A stretch of 64,000 bases of DNA from Cenococcum geophilum. Its lineage: Eukaryota. Positions within the stretch are counted from its first letter, which is position 1. Each line of letters opens with the position of its first letter. The stretch lies in the NCBI GenBank assembly GCA_050273025.1, contig CP158635.1:14880001-14944000 (forward strand), given 5' to 3'. Below, piece by piece: positions 1 to 12,154 of this stretch. Position numbers and translations under genes: made by a program. A model generated the notes under the pieces. It was not told where the DNA came from and searched no databases. It saw only the letters and a program-made list of their open reading frames with translations.

Positions 1-369
1 AGGTCTAGGCGCCGAGCCAACCGTGCCCCTTGGCATCAAACCGGTTCTTCTGGGCGACGTCTTGGTCTTGACGACATCCGCTCTATATACCTTAAATTCA
101 CTTCCGTTCATTTTCCGAAATTTGGGGCGCTAACAAGTGTTCCAAATTCAATGATTTGGCTCGCAAAAGACGTGTCCCAAGGCACAAAAGAGCTGAATAA
201 ACTTTATTTTCATGCAGTCCGAGTATTGTCAACAAATCTCGAATATAAGTACAAGCTTCCCTCACCAAAAATCACAACAGGGAAATCCCAAACGTATTGT
301 CGCTGATGAAATAATAGAACATGAACGCCTCAATCCTAAGGCCGGTATCGATATGAAATGAACGCTATC

Positions 370-2005
370 TCACGTAACCATGAACCACGCACCCCCTAAT
401 ATCCCGCCGAGTACCAGGGTCGTCAAAATCCCCGCGCCGGCTCTATCGCCCGTCGTCACTGGGTTACCCTCCAGCGGGTTCTTCGTCTCACCATTACCTG
501 TTCCCGCCGCCGGGTTACCCTTGCTGGTTCCTCCCGTCACGGCCGTCTTTGGGGACGCCACCTCCATGATCAGATTCGCTGATATGACGCTGAGTGCACT
601 CATTTCCTGCCCGACGCCGGTGTTGCCGTCCGAGGTCGACTGGAACCAGCGCGAGCCGCACGCAGTCCCGGAAGCACCGCCATTACATTGCGCCGCAGCT
701 GCCTTAGCCGAAGCGGCAAGTTTAGGCATAATACTCGAGGCCGTGTATGGCGCTATTTGCGCAGCGACGGCCATCCAACGTGACAGGTAAGCTTTGAAGG
801 ACCACTGATCCGTGTCGCACTTTTGGTTTAGTTCGCAGGCGACTTCTACCATTACGTTACCTCCGTATTGGGAGGGGAAGAAAACGTCAGAGTTGTTTAG
901 CAGGCCGGTAAGGCGCGTTTGCCAGATTGTAGAACCGTTGGTATAGTTGTACATCTATGAGAAAGTTAGCTAGTGAATGGGTAAATTGAGTGGTAGTGAT
1001 ACTCACATATGCAGCACCACCAATTAAGATACCGTAATTGTAAGACCATTGCATTTGGTCTGCGTCAGTGCAGTTCTGGAGAGAGTTGGAGCCATCATAG
1101 ACTTGGTATTGGTCTGTTAAAAGCGGAGACGCTGCAAGCCAATCGTACACTTTGTTCGCCCAGTCAGCGTAGGTCTGATTTCCAGTATATTTCGCAAGGC
1201 GGGCTGCTAGCTGGAAGAAGCCACCATTCGAAGCTGTATTCTTGTAGTCGTAGCCATTATTAAAGGTATAGATTTGCCAAGGTAGACCACCAGAACATAG
1301 GGTTATATCCCATCGTTGGGTCATCTGATTGAATATTGCTTGCGCAAGGGCAAGCCATTGCGGCTGGTCTGCAGGAGGATTAGGGAAGTTCAGCTCTGCA
1401 GCTGACATTACTGCGAAGCCCCAGAAGAGTTGATCGTCGTTGCCCTGTCAATGTGAGTAAGTCCCAATTGGATATGATATTGAAGAGCGTCTCACCTCGT
1501 CCTTGGACTGATTCGGAGGCATCTACAGTTTGTGTAAGCAGAGAATTTGCGTTCAGATTCGTTAGATCTTACATAATTGGCCTGAGGTCCCACTTGGAAC
1601 AGCAGTCCAGCGGTTACCAGGTCATTGTAAGTAGTATCGTTGGTATAATACCAGTATTCGATCATCTGTCCAAACATGGCACCGGCTTCCCACCAATAAT
1701 ACGGTGGGTATGTAAGTAATCCAGGGATACCGCTCAATATTGTACCACTTGCGTTTGTCGCGTAGTAGGCTATCATGTCATCCGCGATCGTCTTAGCGGC
1801 AGCCTTGATGGATGCTATGTGGATATATTGTTAGCTTAATCGCGCATGTGAGAGACAATTTGCGATGCCCTGTAATCGCAAGGACCGCTGCGAAAGGCAT
1901 ACAAGGTTGTGTGAGATCCAGCTCAACAGCTTCAGCGACAAAGGCATTCTGAGTAAAGAGGCTGACTGCTGTTAGCGCTCCAACGGCTCTCCGAAAGAAA
2001 CCCAT
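370..2005 (-). CDS. DFG5: GH76 alpha-1,6-mannanase/transglycosidase, DFG5/DCW1 family, GPI-anchored (multi-exon)
   Basis: Signal peptide [17 protein letters not shown]; exons with [56 protein letters not shown]-terminal GPI signal [21 protein letters not shown] tail; GT-AG introns. Confidence 0.92.
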
Positions 2006-2786
2006 GGCCCCATATGTTGCTATGAGGCAAGGCAAGGGCGTAACGAGTGTATGCGGTGGGGAGTGGTGGACAACGGAGAATAAAGGACGAAAGTGAAGGT
2101 GTGCATACAGGATCTCAAAGGGGGCCAAGGGAATAATAGGCGGGAGGGATTGCGTGTGTCTTGGCCGCGTGTGTACATGGAGAAGGCTTGAGAGGCTTGT
2201 GTCGGCAGGGGTGTGCCGAACAACCAGAGCGCTGTTTCAGGGCAATCAGCTGAGCCCGTGAGTGTGCTGAACCTCGTGCCCTTCGTATCGTTCAGACGCA
2301 AAGCGAGACGCTGACGTCGCAGTTTTGAGTTGGACCCGTATCTGGTTGCGACAAGGCAGGGCATGCAACTGGCTAAATTGGCACATTGGCACAAGGGGAA
2401 ATTGGCGTGGATGCCAATCCCTTTTGTACGAGCGCAAATAAAGAAACCGCGGGCCAAGCTTTGCTAAGCTTTCCTGCACCCTCGCCCCGCACATAGCGAA
2501 AGCTTGGTAGAAATGGTCAGGTTTCAAATGAACACCATGCTGATATCCTCCGTTCTTCTGCTTATTTCTGTTGAATTAATTTTCCAGTTTAGCAGGGCGC
2601 CATTTCTCTGACATATCTACGCGTCTAAGGCGCAATTGGCTGGCTAAGCTGCCGAACGAAGCGGGGCAAGACTTGTAACGTATATCCATTCCACCAGGGA
2701 CAAGTAGAATCTTTGTGATTGTAGCATCTAATCTGCAGCTGTTTAAATGTTCCGGACAATATATATACATTTAATCCAACCCTTCA

Positions 2787-4451
2787 TCATCCAGAAAGGA
2801 AGCCTGTCACGAAAGACGCAACATCGTCTGGCTTCTCAACCATCGGCAAGTGTCCAGCCCCATCAACAACGAAGAGTGGAGCACCATTCCCAAGCTGCTG
2901 GGCCATTTCTTTCATCGTATCGGGTAACACGCCATCTCCACTTCCCACTAGGAATGCGCCTTTGCCGGCATAGCTTTTCATCTCTGGCCCGAGGTCATAT
3001 TCAAACAGCGCCTGCACGCTCTCCTTAAAACCCTTGAGACTATTTTTTACCACCATATTTTTAACCCTTCCTATTTCCGCCTCCATCTTCCCTCCATCAT
3101 AGCTCTCTTTGACGAACCACCTCCTGACTGTCATTTCTGCCAATTCCTCCCCTACTACCGTCTCTCCTGCTTGACTCTGCGCCCCCTCCATTTCCGCAAC
3201 TGCAATCCTATCACCCCAAGCCTTCCTGTTCCCAGAAGGACTTACCGCATTTGTATCACATGACACAAATGCAGAAACTCTCTTGGGATGCTTTAATCCA
3301 ACATCCAAACTCGTCGCGCCACCAAGACTGACGCCAATCGCTGCTGCCGCCTTCTGGACTCTCAGCGCGTCAAGCAGCGTTATGATATCCGAAGCCAATA
3401 AATTCACGGTAACAGGTTGGTCTCCGCAACTGCTTGACCGGCCTCGGGTATGATAGCGTACGATGCGATATTTCTTGTTTTCTGGCTTCGACAAGAACGC
3501 GGTGATGAAGCTGTCCCATATGCCCCACTCGACGAGAATAGAGTTGCTTAGCACAATGAGCGGCGCATGGATATCTGAAGAGCCCTCCAGCCTATAAGGA
3601 AGCACGGCACCATCTTTCGTTATGACGTACGACTCGATTGCTGCACTGCTACCGGCAGACACGGGTATCGTCCTCGTCAGCCCATCCGTACTCTCAAAAG
3701 GAACCGCATCTTTACTCCCGAGTGCCGCCAAATCTCTTGGTGCAGGTCCAAATGTATAGTATAGATTGTATACTCGCCTCCTCTTCTCCTGCACTACGTT
3801 CTTGTAAATCTCATCGTTCCACTTGGTACTGGTCGCCGCCTTGAACTCCTCCCCACCCAAACCATTCTTCGACGCATACTCATGCAGTGCAAGCCACTCC
3901 AGCTCCTCTTTGCCCTCAATCTTCGCCGTAACAAAACGCCGCGTCCTCAGCCACCCAGGCACTTTCGACAACAGAGGGATATGCTCCTCAGTATACCACC
4001 TCGCGAGCTCCTCCTCCTTGTCTTTCCCAGAATGCAGGGTCAAGCTGACTGCAACCAGCACATTCTCTTGTCCGTCTCTCTCCACCTCTTCCAGCAGCCT
4101 AAACTGCTCTAACTGTTTTTCGTCTACAAGATCAAAAAACTTCCTATCCACTTTTATCTGTTTCATGGTGTCCCTCTCGCGCTGACTCTGCACCGGGGCC
4201 TTCCTGAGCCGGGTATACGGCTCTCTCATCAGCTCGTCCATGTCCGCGATGTCGTAGATGGCCATCCACTCTGGCTTCATTTCGCTGAAGGCTTCAGCAT
4301 CGCTGGCGCGGTAGCGGAAGCCGTTCCTCACCAAATGAAGACGCAGGCGGCCGGGGCCATGCTCGTTATCATACCAATCGTGGAATTGAGCAAGGGGAAG
4401 GCTCTCCCGTGGTTGCATCGTCACGTAGAGGATTCCCGAAGTCGACGCCAT
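2787..4451 (-). CDS. Two EthD-like dimeric alpha-beta barrel domains fused to an alpha/beta hydrolase (3-oxoadipate enol-lactonase PcaD/CatD-like)
   Basis: Intronless ORF from MASTSG; FHDWYDNEHGP and WYTEEHIPLLSKVPGWLRTRRF (EthD-like); LSNSIL, GVSLGG nucleophile elbow, GAGHLPMVEKP catalytic His. Confidence 0.85.
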   Translation of the reverse strand: MASTSGILYVTMQPRESLPLAQFHDWYDNEHGPGRLRLHLVRNGFRYRASDAEAFSEMKPEWMAIYDIADMDELMREPYTRLRKAPVQSQRERDTMKQIKVDRKFFDLVDEKQLEQFRLLEEVERDGQENVLVAVSLTLHSGKDKEEELARWYTEEHIPLLSKVPGWLRTRRFVTAKIEGKEELEWLALHEYASKNGLGGEEFKAATSTKWNDEIYKNVVQEKRRRVYNLYYTFGPAPRDLAALGSKDAVPFESTDGLTRTIPVSAGSSAAIESYVITKDGAVLPYRLEGSSDIHAPLIVLSNSILVEWGIWDSFITAFLSKPENKKYRIVRYHTRGRSSSCGDQPVTVNLLASDIITLLDALRVQKAAAAIGVSLGGATSLDVGLKHPKRVSAFVSCDTNAVSPSGNRKAWGDRIAVAEMEGAQSQAGETVVGEELAEMTVRRWFVKESYDGGKMEAEIGRVKNMVVKNSLKGFKESVQALFEYDLGPEMKSYAGKGAFLVGSGDGVLPDTMKEMAQQLGNGAPLFVVDGAGHLPMVEKPDDVASFVTGFLSG

Positions 4452-4961
4452 GGTGGGCGGTTGGGTTAAATTCTGGCGCTTAAGATGGTGGGATTGTGTA
4501 ATCGGGCTCCGGAACAGGGGACTACGGAGAGTGTATGAGTACTGTAGCTGGCGGGAGCATCGGGCGGCGGGGAATGCGTGGGCGGCGGGGAATGCGCAGG
4601 CGGCGTATATGTATACCACCCGACCCCATCTGCCGAGCGTGGAAATCGCGGCCTTAAGTTTTGGAGAGGCACGAGAAGAGTTACATGACGTGAGTCATGT
4701 GTTTTGGTTTGTGACATGGTGAAACAATGTCCCTGTAGACAATTGAAATGTAATTGTTTAAGGTTTCTTAGCCAATCGGAATCATGATAATATTGTAGTT
4801 GAAGTGATGTTCAAGGCGGAAGGCGGAAGTCAGATCTTGGCCTGTGCGCCCCCGGTTTCTTCCTCATGTTCCTCGCAAGTCGCATCTACGCACCGCACTC
4901 TGAAACTGCTGTACTACATATCCAGACCACCAACACCTGTACAAAATCTAACTGGACTCTA

Positions 4962-6203
4962 TCAATCATACCAAATAGCATTCATACCAAACCCCGGCTC
5001 CGGAATATCCAATCTCGCAACCCTGCACAGAAACTCCTCATGCCATCTATAAATCTCAATCCCGCCCTTCTCATCGTCCGTGAGTGCCAGCCACTTGTCG
5101 CTCCACGGGAAAGGGCTGACTGCATTCGAATGGCCACCGCTAGTAGGCGTCGGGTTTAAGCAAATCTGGCGCTCGATGCTGCCAACGGGCGAGAGCTTGA
5201 AGGCAGCAATGTAGCCGGTTAGGGAGGATGAGTTGGCGCGCGATGTCGCGAAGAGGTAATTGCCGCTATGGGAGAGGAAGACAACGTCGGAGCGGTACAT
5301 TTTAGTGTTAGTGATGCCTGTGGATCTGTCAGTTTCTGCGGAATCGGAGAGGTTGTGGGAGACCATACCGGGAGGAATGAGAGGGTATGTGATATGCGTG
5401 AATACGGGCATGTGAGTCTGTTCATCTATCACGTAGACTGCAAGCCTGTTACCGGCTTCCATCAACGCGTACAGATACTTTCCCGCAGGATGCAATTCCA
5501 CCCATCGAGGGTGATCTCCAGGAGAGGGAGCATCAATGCTATCAATAAGCGTTAGATAACCTGTCTCACTGTCCTTTTTGTGCATCCATATCTTGTTCTC
5601 CCACATATCCGCCGAATAGAGGTATGTTTCTGTAGGGTCGAAAACCATGCCGTGTATAGCAGACCCCTCGCTATACTCGTAGTTTTGGATATTTGACTCC
5701 AGCCCACCATCCTGGTTAACCGAGAAGACATTGCCGTAGCCTGCGTATTTGTAGAATGGATTTCCGTATACGCTGTATGGTGGTTTATTTGCGGCTAGGA
5801 CGAAAATTGCTCGCGTGTCCGAGTCTGGGCTTGACGCCTGTACTGGGAAAATATGAGATTAGGCGTAGATTGGGCTGGGTAAGGATGGTACATACAATGG
5901 CCTCCCATAGGATGTGAAGCATGGTGTATTATCTCCGTTGGGCCTTTAACAGTGTAGCTGGACCACTTTTTCATCGAAGCTCCGTAGATATTTTTTCTCG
6001 CGTGCTGCACATCTGTTTAGTCCAATGCTGCTGGACAGATGGAAGAAGTAGACGCTCACATCAAAAGTCATCCATGAGATAGGTTCATCATGAGGAATGC
6101 TAGTTTTCTTAAGCAATTTTAGGGTTAATGCTTCATCGTCAAATTCTATAGTATAGATGTTTCCAGGTTGTGTCCAGGTTCCCACCATCAGACGATGAAG
6201 CAT
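4962..6203 (-). CDS. cmcA: 3-carboxy-cis,cis-muconate cyclase (lactonizing enzyme, beta-propeller), multi-exon
   Basis: MLHRLMVGTWT, DEPISWMTFD, IHGMVFDPTETYLYSAD, PGDHPRWV, PTPTSGGHSNAVSP, EPGFGMNAIWYD closely match Neurospora CMLE as I recall it. Confidence 0.93.
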
Positions 6204-6893
6204 GTTTACGGATAGGATGAGACGGGCAGTTAGAACAAAGGCACGAGTACAAGAAAAATCATACAAGCACAGGGTCTGTGAAACAGATTCAATTCTCAAT
6301 AGCTTGACATAGTCGGAGCATAATCCACGCGTGGAACACGCGTGCGATAAACCAATAATTCATTTCTGAGTAAACACCGCTGGTGTGAGACGTGCATTAG
6401 AGAGTGCGGGGGAGGGAACGGCAAAGGAAGCGGCAAAGCATTCATGGTTATTGCGGAAGTAATCAGTTCTCTGATTGGCGAATGCCGAAGCTCTAACCCA
6501 GCCTCTTACAAGGGGTAACACGTACGGGACGGACCCCTCCTGCTAGTATGTTTTTAAAATACGCGAGCCACCTGCAAAATACACGGGTTGTGTTATTCTG
6601 CAAGCGTACTAGCAGGGAGGGCGTCCGTCCGTACCCTGGGTGCGAGTCTCGGCATTTTTTGGAGGGGAGAAAGGCCAAAAACAGAAAGCCGATGGATCTG
6701 CCGCTAGAGTGATCTGACATCAGTCGGTCAACGGGACGTTGAGGTCTTAGTACTTCCCCCGTATATATCTTTTACAATTGGTAGAATTTTCATTGAACGC
6801 TCAGACAATCATATTCCCCTTTCCAATATCATCCTTTACCACCTCCCATCTATCTTCTCCCAAAGAAATACTTTCAAAGCTCCTCCATTCGCA

Positions 6894-7976
6894 ATGGCTC
6901 AGCACAGATTTGACCCGGATTTCACCCAAAATGTCATCGACGCCATTGGACCGAAATGCGAGCCTCGAACGAGGGAGGTTATGTCCGCATTCATTAAGCA
7001 CCTTCACGACTTCGCTCGAGAGGTCGAGCTCACCGTAGACGAGTGGATGATGGGTGTGAATTTTGTGAATACCATCGGACAGATCAGTGATTCCAAAAGA
7101 AACGAAGGACAGCGAATATCAGATGTCCTCGGACTTGAATCGTGCGTACACCCTCCTAGTTTCCCGTTTCTGAATTTTTTTGATGCCTCCATAGGCTAGT
7201 CGACGAAATCGCACATACGCACATCAGCGAGTCCGGCGAGAAACCTACCTCATCTTCGATATTGGGCCCATTCTGGAGTCCAAACGCTCCCTTCCGCGAG
7301 AATGGCTCCACCATAATCCAGAGCCCGCATCAAGGCGAGGTAGCACTCATGTACGGAGTCATTAGAGACCTAGACACCAAGAAGCCCATTCCCGGAGCCG
7401 TTCTTGACATTTGGCAAGCTTCCTCCAACGGGAAATATGACTTCCAAGACCCGGAGAACCAGGTTGACAACAACCTGCGTGGCAAATTCAGGACTAACGA
7501 AAAGGGCGAATACCACTTCTACTGTTTGCGGCCAACCGCATACTCACTTCCTACCGATGGTAAGATAATGATGTTAATTGAACGTTACTCCAGAAATACT
7601 AACATGTTGGCTCTTCAAAGGCTCGGCTGGCACTCTCTTCAAAATTCTTGACCGGCACCCAATGCGACCCGCTCACATTCACTTGATGGTATACATATCT
7701 CCAGTGAGTTATGGAATCAACGTTTGCTGACAAGGCTCGCTCCTCTAGATTACCGCCGAAGGTTATAAGCCAGTGACTACTCAAATTTATCCCAAGGACG
7801 ACTCATACTTGTCAACCGACACAGTCTTCGCTGTGAAGGACGACCTCGTCGTAGATTTTAAGCCGCGGGAGGGCGATCCAAAGGCCAAGCTGGATCTCGA
7901 GTACAACGTCGTTCTTGCACCAAGGGAGCCGCAACGAAAGAATGCACCACAAGCGCAAGGAGTGTCCCGCCTATAA
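6894..7976 (+). CDS. prcA: Intradiol ring-cleavage dioxygenase, fungal protocatechuate 3,4-dioxygenase (PrcA)-like; ends in SRL
   Basis: [81 protein letters not shown]; three introns; lies within the cluster. Confidence 0.85.
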
Positions 7977-8480
7977 GCGACAGATTGAGGGTGAAAAGGG
8001 CATAGAGGCTTTTAGAAACTTGTATTTTTGCTTAGAGTTAGGATGGGAAATATTTTCATGTCAAATCGGAAGGAGATAAGCGGCTGGGTCAGCTGCGGCA
8101 TTCGTGAAACATCGTTTCAGCGCGCATGGAGAATCAAGCGTCTCCCAAAGTTTTGACAATGTATAAAGCCCTGTTCCTTGTACATGAATATAAAGTTCAT
8201 AAATTGACAAATAATCTTGACGCTAAAACGATTACTTAATGGATATTCCTTAGAAAACTCTAAGAAACGTCAAGAACTCAAATGACGGGATTCACATCGC
8301 TCATGATATTGCCGCGAGAAACGAGGCAAATGCCGATCATCCGTTGACCACTAACTCTTGAAATAGCATATATAGAGTCTAGCAACCACCGCTCTGCCGT
8401 CCTCCTAAAATTTCACCTATCTATCAATTGCTACACCTCCCACCGATTCAACAACGGTATACCAAGCCTCCATCTCCACC

Positions 8481-9089
8481 ATGCGCCTCCCATACGCCCC
8501 CTCCACCCCCTCTGACGCTTCTTCTCCCACTGCGGCCATATACTCTCGCATTGCGGCCCGCCGCGCCCCACGACCGCTCATCCCGCTCGATCTGGCTCTG
8601 CTATATTCCCCACCCGTTGCGGATGGTTGGAACTCTTTCATAGGCGCCGTGAGAACTCAGACTTTAATTGATGCCCCCATAAAGGAGTTGGTAATCAGCC
8701 GCGTGGCAGTTCTCAATGGCGCCGTCCTTGAATGGAACGCGCACGCACAATTGGCATTGAAGGGAGGCGTTAGCCTGGAAGGGCTGGAGAGCGTAAGGAG
8801 GGCGGAAGTAATATCCAAAGGTCGGAACGACGAAGTGCCAAAGGACGGAGAAGGAGGTCTAAGTGCAAGAGAGTGGGCCGTTCTGGCGTACACAGATCAA
8901 ATGACGAAGGAAGTGGCGGTTGATGAGGCGGTATTTGAGAGACTGAAGGAATATTTTACGGAAAGGGACATTGTGGAGATCACGGCAACAGTAGCGGCAT
9001 ATAATTGTGTGAGCAGGTTTCTCGTAGCGCTGGACGTGGGCGAAAGTAATGGGAAGGATATGAAGAGTGTTGAGGAGTTGAACAAGTGA
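8481..9089 (+). CDS. Carboxymuconolactone decarboxylase (CMD/AhpD-like) family protein
   Basis: LLYSPPVADGWNSF, KELVISRVAVLNGAVLEWNAH, EITATVAAYNCVSRFLVALDV; single exon. Confidence 0.85.
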   Translation: MRLPYAPSTPSDASSPTAAIYSRIAARRAPRPLIPLDLALLYSPPVADGWNSFIGAVRTQTLIDAPIKELVISRVAVLNGAVLEWNAHAQLALKGGVSLEGLESVRRAEVISKGRNDEVPKDGEGGLSAREWAVLAYTDQMTKEVAVDEAVFERLKEYFTERDIVEITATVAAYNCVSRFLVALDVGESNGKDMKSVEELNK

Positions 9090-9410
9090 AATGGTGCTTC
9101 AATACTCAGATTGACACGATGTTTATTCAAGATATTTGTGTATAGTACGCTCCAAGAAGAGAATCAATGCATGGAAAACGACATTTTTTGGGTCAGTCTT
9201 GCCCGGGCTCATGCTCAATGGCTGAAAGCGTGCATCAATACAGCCTCATCCTCCAAAGATAGAAGGTCCGCCGTGTTAGAGCATAATATAGCTGTCGATC
9301 CAATGCAGATCAGATGAAGATGAGGAAGACTCTGTCTATTAAGCGTGGCTCTAGGGCCCCTATATATACATAACGAGGGTGTAGGCAACAGGAAGGGGAG
9401 TTACGCAATA

Positions 9411-9500
9411 GGGGTGACAACTGGAACGGGGGTGGCAGCTGGAACAGGGGTGGCAACTAGGACAGGGTGATACGCATCTAGAACAGGGTGGTAGGACAAC
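9411..9500. repeat. Degenerate 18-bp tandem repeat (about 5 units)
   Basis: GGGGTGACAACTGGAAC / GGGGTGGCAGCTGGAAC / GGGGTGGCAACTAGGAC units. Confidence 0.6.
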
Positions 9501-9729
9501 CCGATTTTGGTCAACAATAGCCTAGCATGCACTTCGATAAATGTGGATTTATTAGGCCATACACCCGTCCTTTCAGTTGATCCCTCCAAAAAAAACTAAT
9601 CGGGTCAATCCGGTGACGAGACGTACTCATTTTCGGATGATGCGGAAATGCTTTAAATAAATACAGTTGCAATATGACACCAAGACCTTCAGGATGTCGC
9701 TTGAACTATGTCCGAAAACTCATATTCCG

Positions 9730-10420
9730 AGATATAAAACCGGTATGAATCCTACTAGTAACTAAGACACCTTCCGTGTGCCCGTTTTTAAATTAGCTCT
9801 AGATTCGTCTATAAATACTAACTAATCGACGGTAAACTGCGAGATCGTGGCCCAAAACAAGGTATAATCCTCCTGGCTCCGCTCGCGGGCAACTCGAGCT
9901 TTATATATAATCAGCAACTTCCTCACGCGCAGCTATTAAAGTATCCTTACCAACTTCCTGCTCCAGCTAGTAACCCTCAGTCCTACACTAGGCGTCTACT
10001 TGCTTATAACGACCTTAACCCAATCGTAGATAAACTATATTATCTTAATAATCTTTTTAATACTTAGTATACGCCTTAGCTTATATTCACGACCGAGCCT
10101 TATTTTTCCGTATAGCCTTATCTTCCTCTGAATATGTTAAATTGCCTCAAGGGAGTAATCGGCTTAATGGGCGCATATATGCTTACTAGCGCCAGCCATA
10201 AGAAGGATTTTAATAAAGGCGTACACCAGTCGCCTATATTTAGAGCTATATTAAGGAAGGCAGCAGGGTAAAACACTACGATCCGGAACAGATATCGCGA
10301 CTTTTGGTGAGCTTCGAAGTGGGTCGTTAGCTTAAGCCCGGGCCACGTACTACACCCCTTCCTGCTAGCTCTACATACTACGCCGTCTCGGCGCATCCGG
10401 TTGAAAGCGCGTGATCAAAC
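9730..10420 (-). mobile_element. RIP-degraded Tc1/IS630-like transposase remnant
   Basis: TpA-rich patch; minus strand reads ARVARERSQED..ISQFTVD*LVFIDESRANLKTGTRKVS*, i.e. the LVFxDESG..GxRxxxWSP motif of DDE_3 transposases. Confidence 0.65.
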
Positions 10421-10624
10421 GGCAGAATTTATACCTCTTGAAGTAGTAAGCACGGCCATTTTAACGTATTTTTACCTACTTTTGGGTACAAATGTATGCA
10501 TTTCGGTTAGCGTGATTAACACGCGCTGGATGCGCCGAGACGGTGTAATTTAGCCGCAGACGTAGCGAAATTAGGTGTGTCGCGCGCGCAACTAGGGAGG
10601 GACACCGAAGGTCGGATACCCTGC

Positions 10625-12154
10625 ATGGCTTCAGTAATACCACCAAGACTCTTATCACGGGGCGTAATACAAATATGCAGACACCGGCCAGTATCTACTC
10701 CCCTCAATATACGACGTGCAGCATCCTCGAAACATCCTCAGGGCTTCGTGCCTCCGGCAAAAGAGGACCTTGATGAACTACGGGAACGGGTTCAGGAATT
10801 TGCTAGTATGCTCTTTCTCGATGAATGTGATGAACTGGAGCTGAATAGTACTTGCAGGGCGTGAGATCCCCGAAGAAGTCGCTCAGAAGACCGATTCAGA
10901 CAATGCATTTCCTATGCCAATGTGGAAGAAGCTTGGGGATGCAGGTTTCCTCGGTATAACAGCGGATGAGGACTATGGGGGTCTAGCAATGGGTTACCAG
11001 GCGCACTGTGTCGTAATGGAGGAGATAAGTCGGGCGTCAGGTCCATCACCCTTAGGTCAGCCCTTCAATATCGAGTCTGACCATGTTAAAAAGGCAGCAT
11101 TGCCCTCTCCTACGCCGCACACTCCCAGCTATGCGTCAACCAGTTCATGCTTAACGGATCCCCGGACCAGAAAGCCAAATACCTACCAGGTCTAATTTCA
11201 GGAGAGAAGGTTGGCGCGCTAGCCATGTCGGAGCACTCAGCGGGTTCGGACGTTGTCAGCATGAAAACAACAGCTAAAGAGGTAGATGGAGGATACCTGC
11301 TGAATGGGACGAAGATGTGGATCACAAATGTATGATCCAGTCCTAGAAGAATAAAACATTCACTGAAGATTTTGCTAACCTCACTAGGGGCCAGATGCAC
11401 ACTATATTATCGTCTACGCCAAAACGGTTCCCGACGGCGGCAGCAGAGGCATCACTGCCTTCATCGTCGACTCCTCTACAAAAGGCTTTTCATGCGCACG
11501 CAAACTCGACAAGCTTGGCATGCGTGGCTCCAATACCGGCGAGCTAATCTTTGAAGACGTCTTCGTGCCGCGCGAGAATGTCCTAGGTCAAGTCAATCGA
11601 GGTGTGCATGTACTAATGGAAGGGCTGGATCTTGAGCGGCTGGTTTTGAGTGCTGGACCGATAGGGTAAGCTTTCTCGTGCTCAGTCCTCCGCTACTTAC
11701 CCATCTGTCCTTTCTCGTACCACTGACGTCACATGCCTAATTATCTAGTCTAATGCAAGCCGCTCTGGACCTCACCATCCCTTACGCGCATACCCGACGC
11801 CAGTTTAACACCCCAATTGGCCACAACCAGTTCATCCAAGGTAAACTTGCCGACATGTACACTAAATTGCGCGCCTCTTCTTCATACACGTACTCCGTTG
11901 CTGCTGCTGTCGACAACTCTTCTACTATTTTAACCCAAGATTGCGCCGGTGCAATTCTGTATGCCGGTGAGCGTGCAACGGAATGCGCGCTTGACGCTAT
12001 ACAGTTGATGGGCGGGATGGGCTATATGAATGAGGTCCCGGCCGGGAGAATACTTAGAGATGCTAAGCTTTACGAGATTGGTGCGGGGACAAGTGAGATT
12101 AGACGGATGGTCATTGGGCGCGCTTTCAATAAGATGTATGCGGAGGGAAGGTAG
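10625..12154 (+). CDS. ivdA: Isovaleryl-CoA dehydrogenase, mitochondrial (multi-exon)
   Basis: Arg-rich presequence; [76 protein letters not shown]. Confidence 0.93.

Noticed and set aside
4452..4619. N-terminal extension of the 610-aa ORF
   Set aside because: Starts at a non-ATG codon and crosses promoter-like repeats; the ATG at 4451 has good context (ACCATGG)
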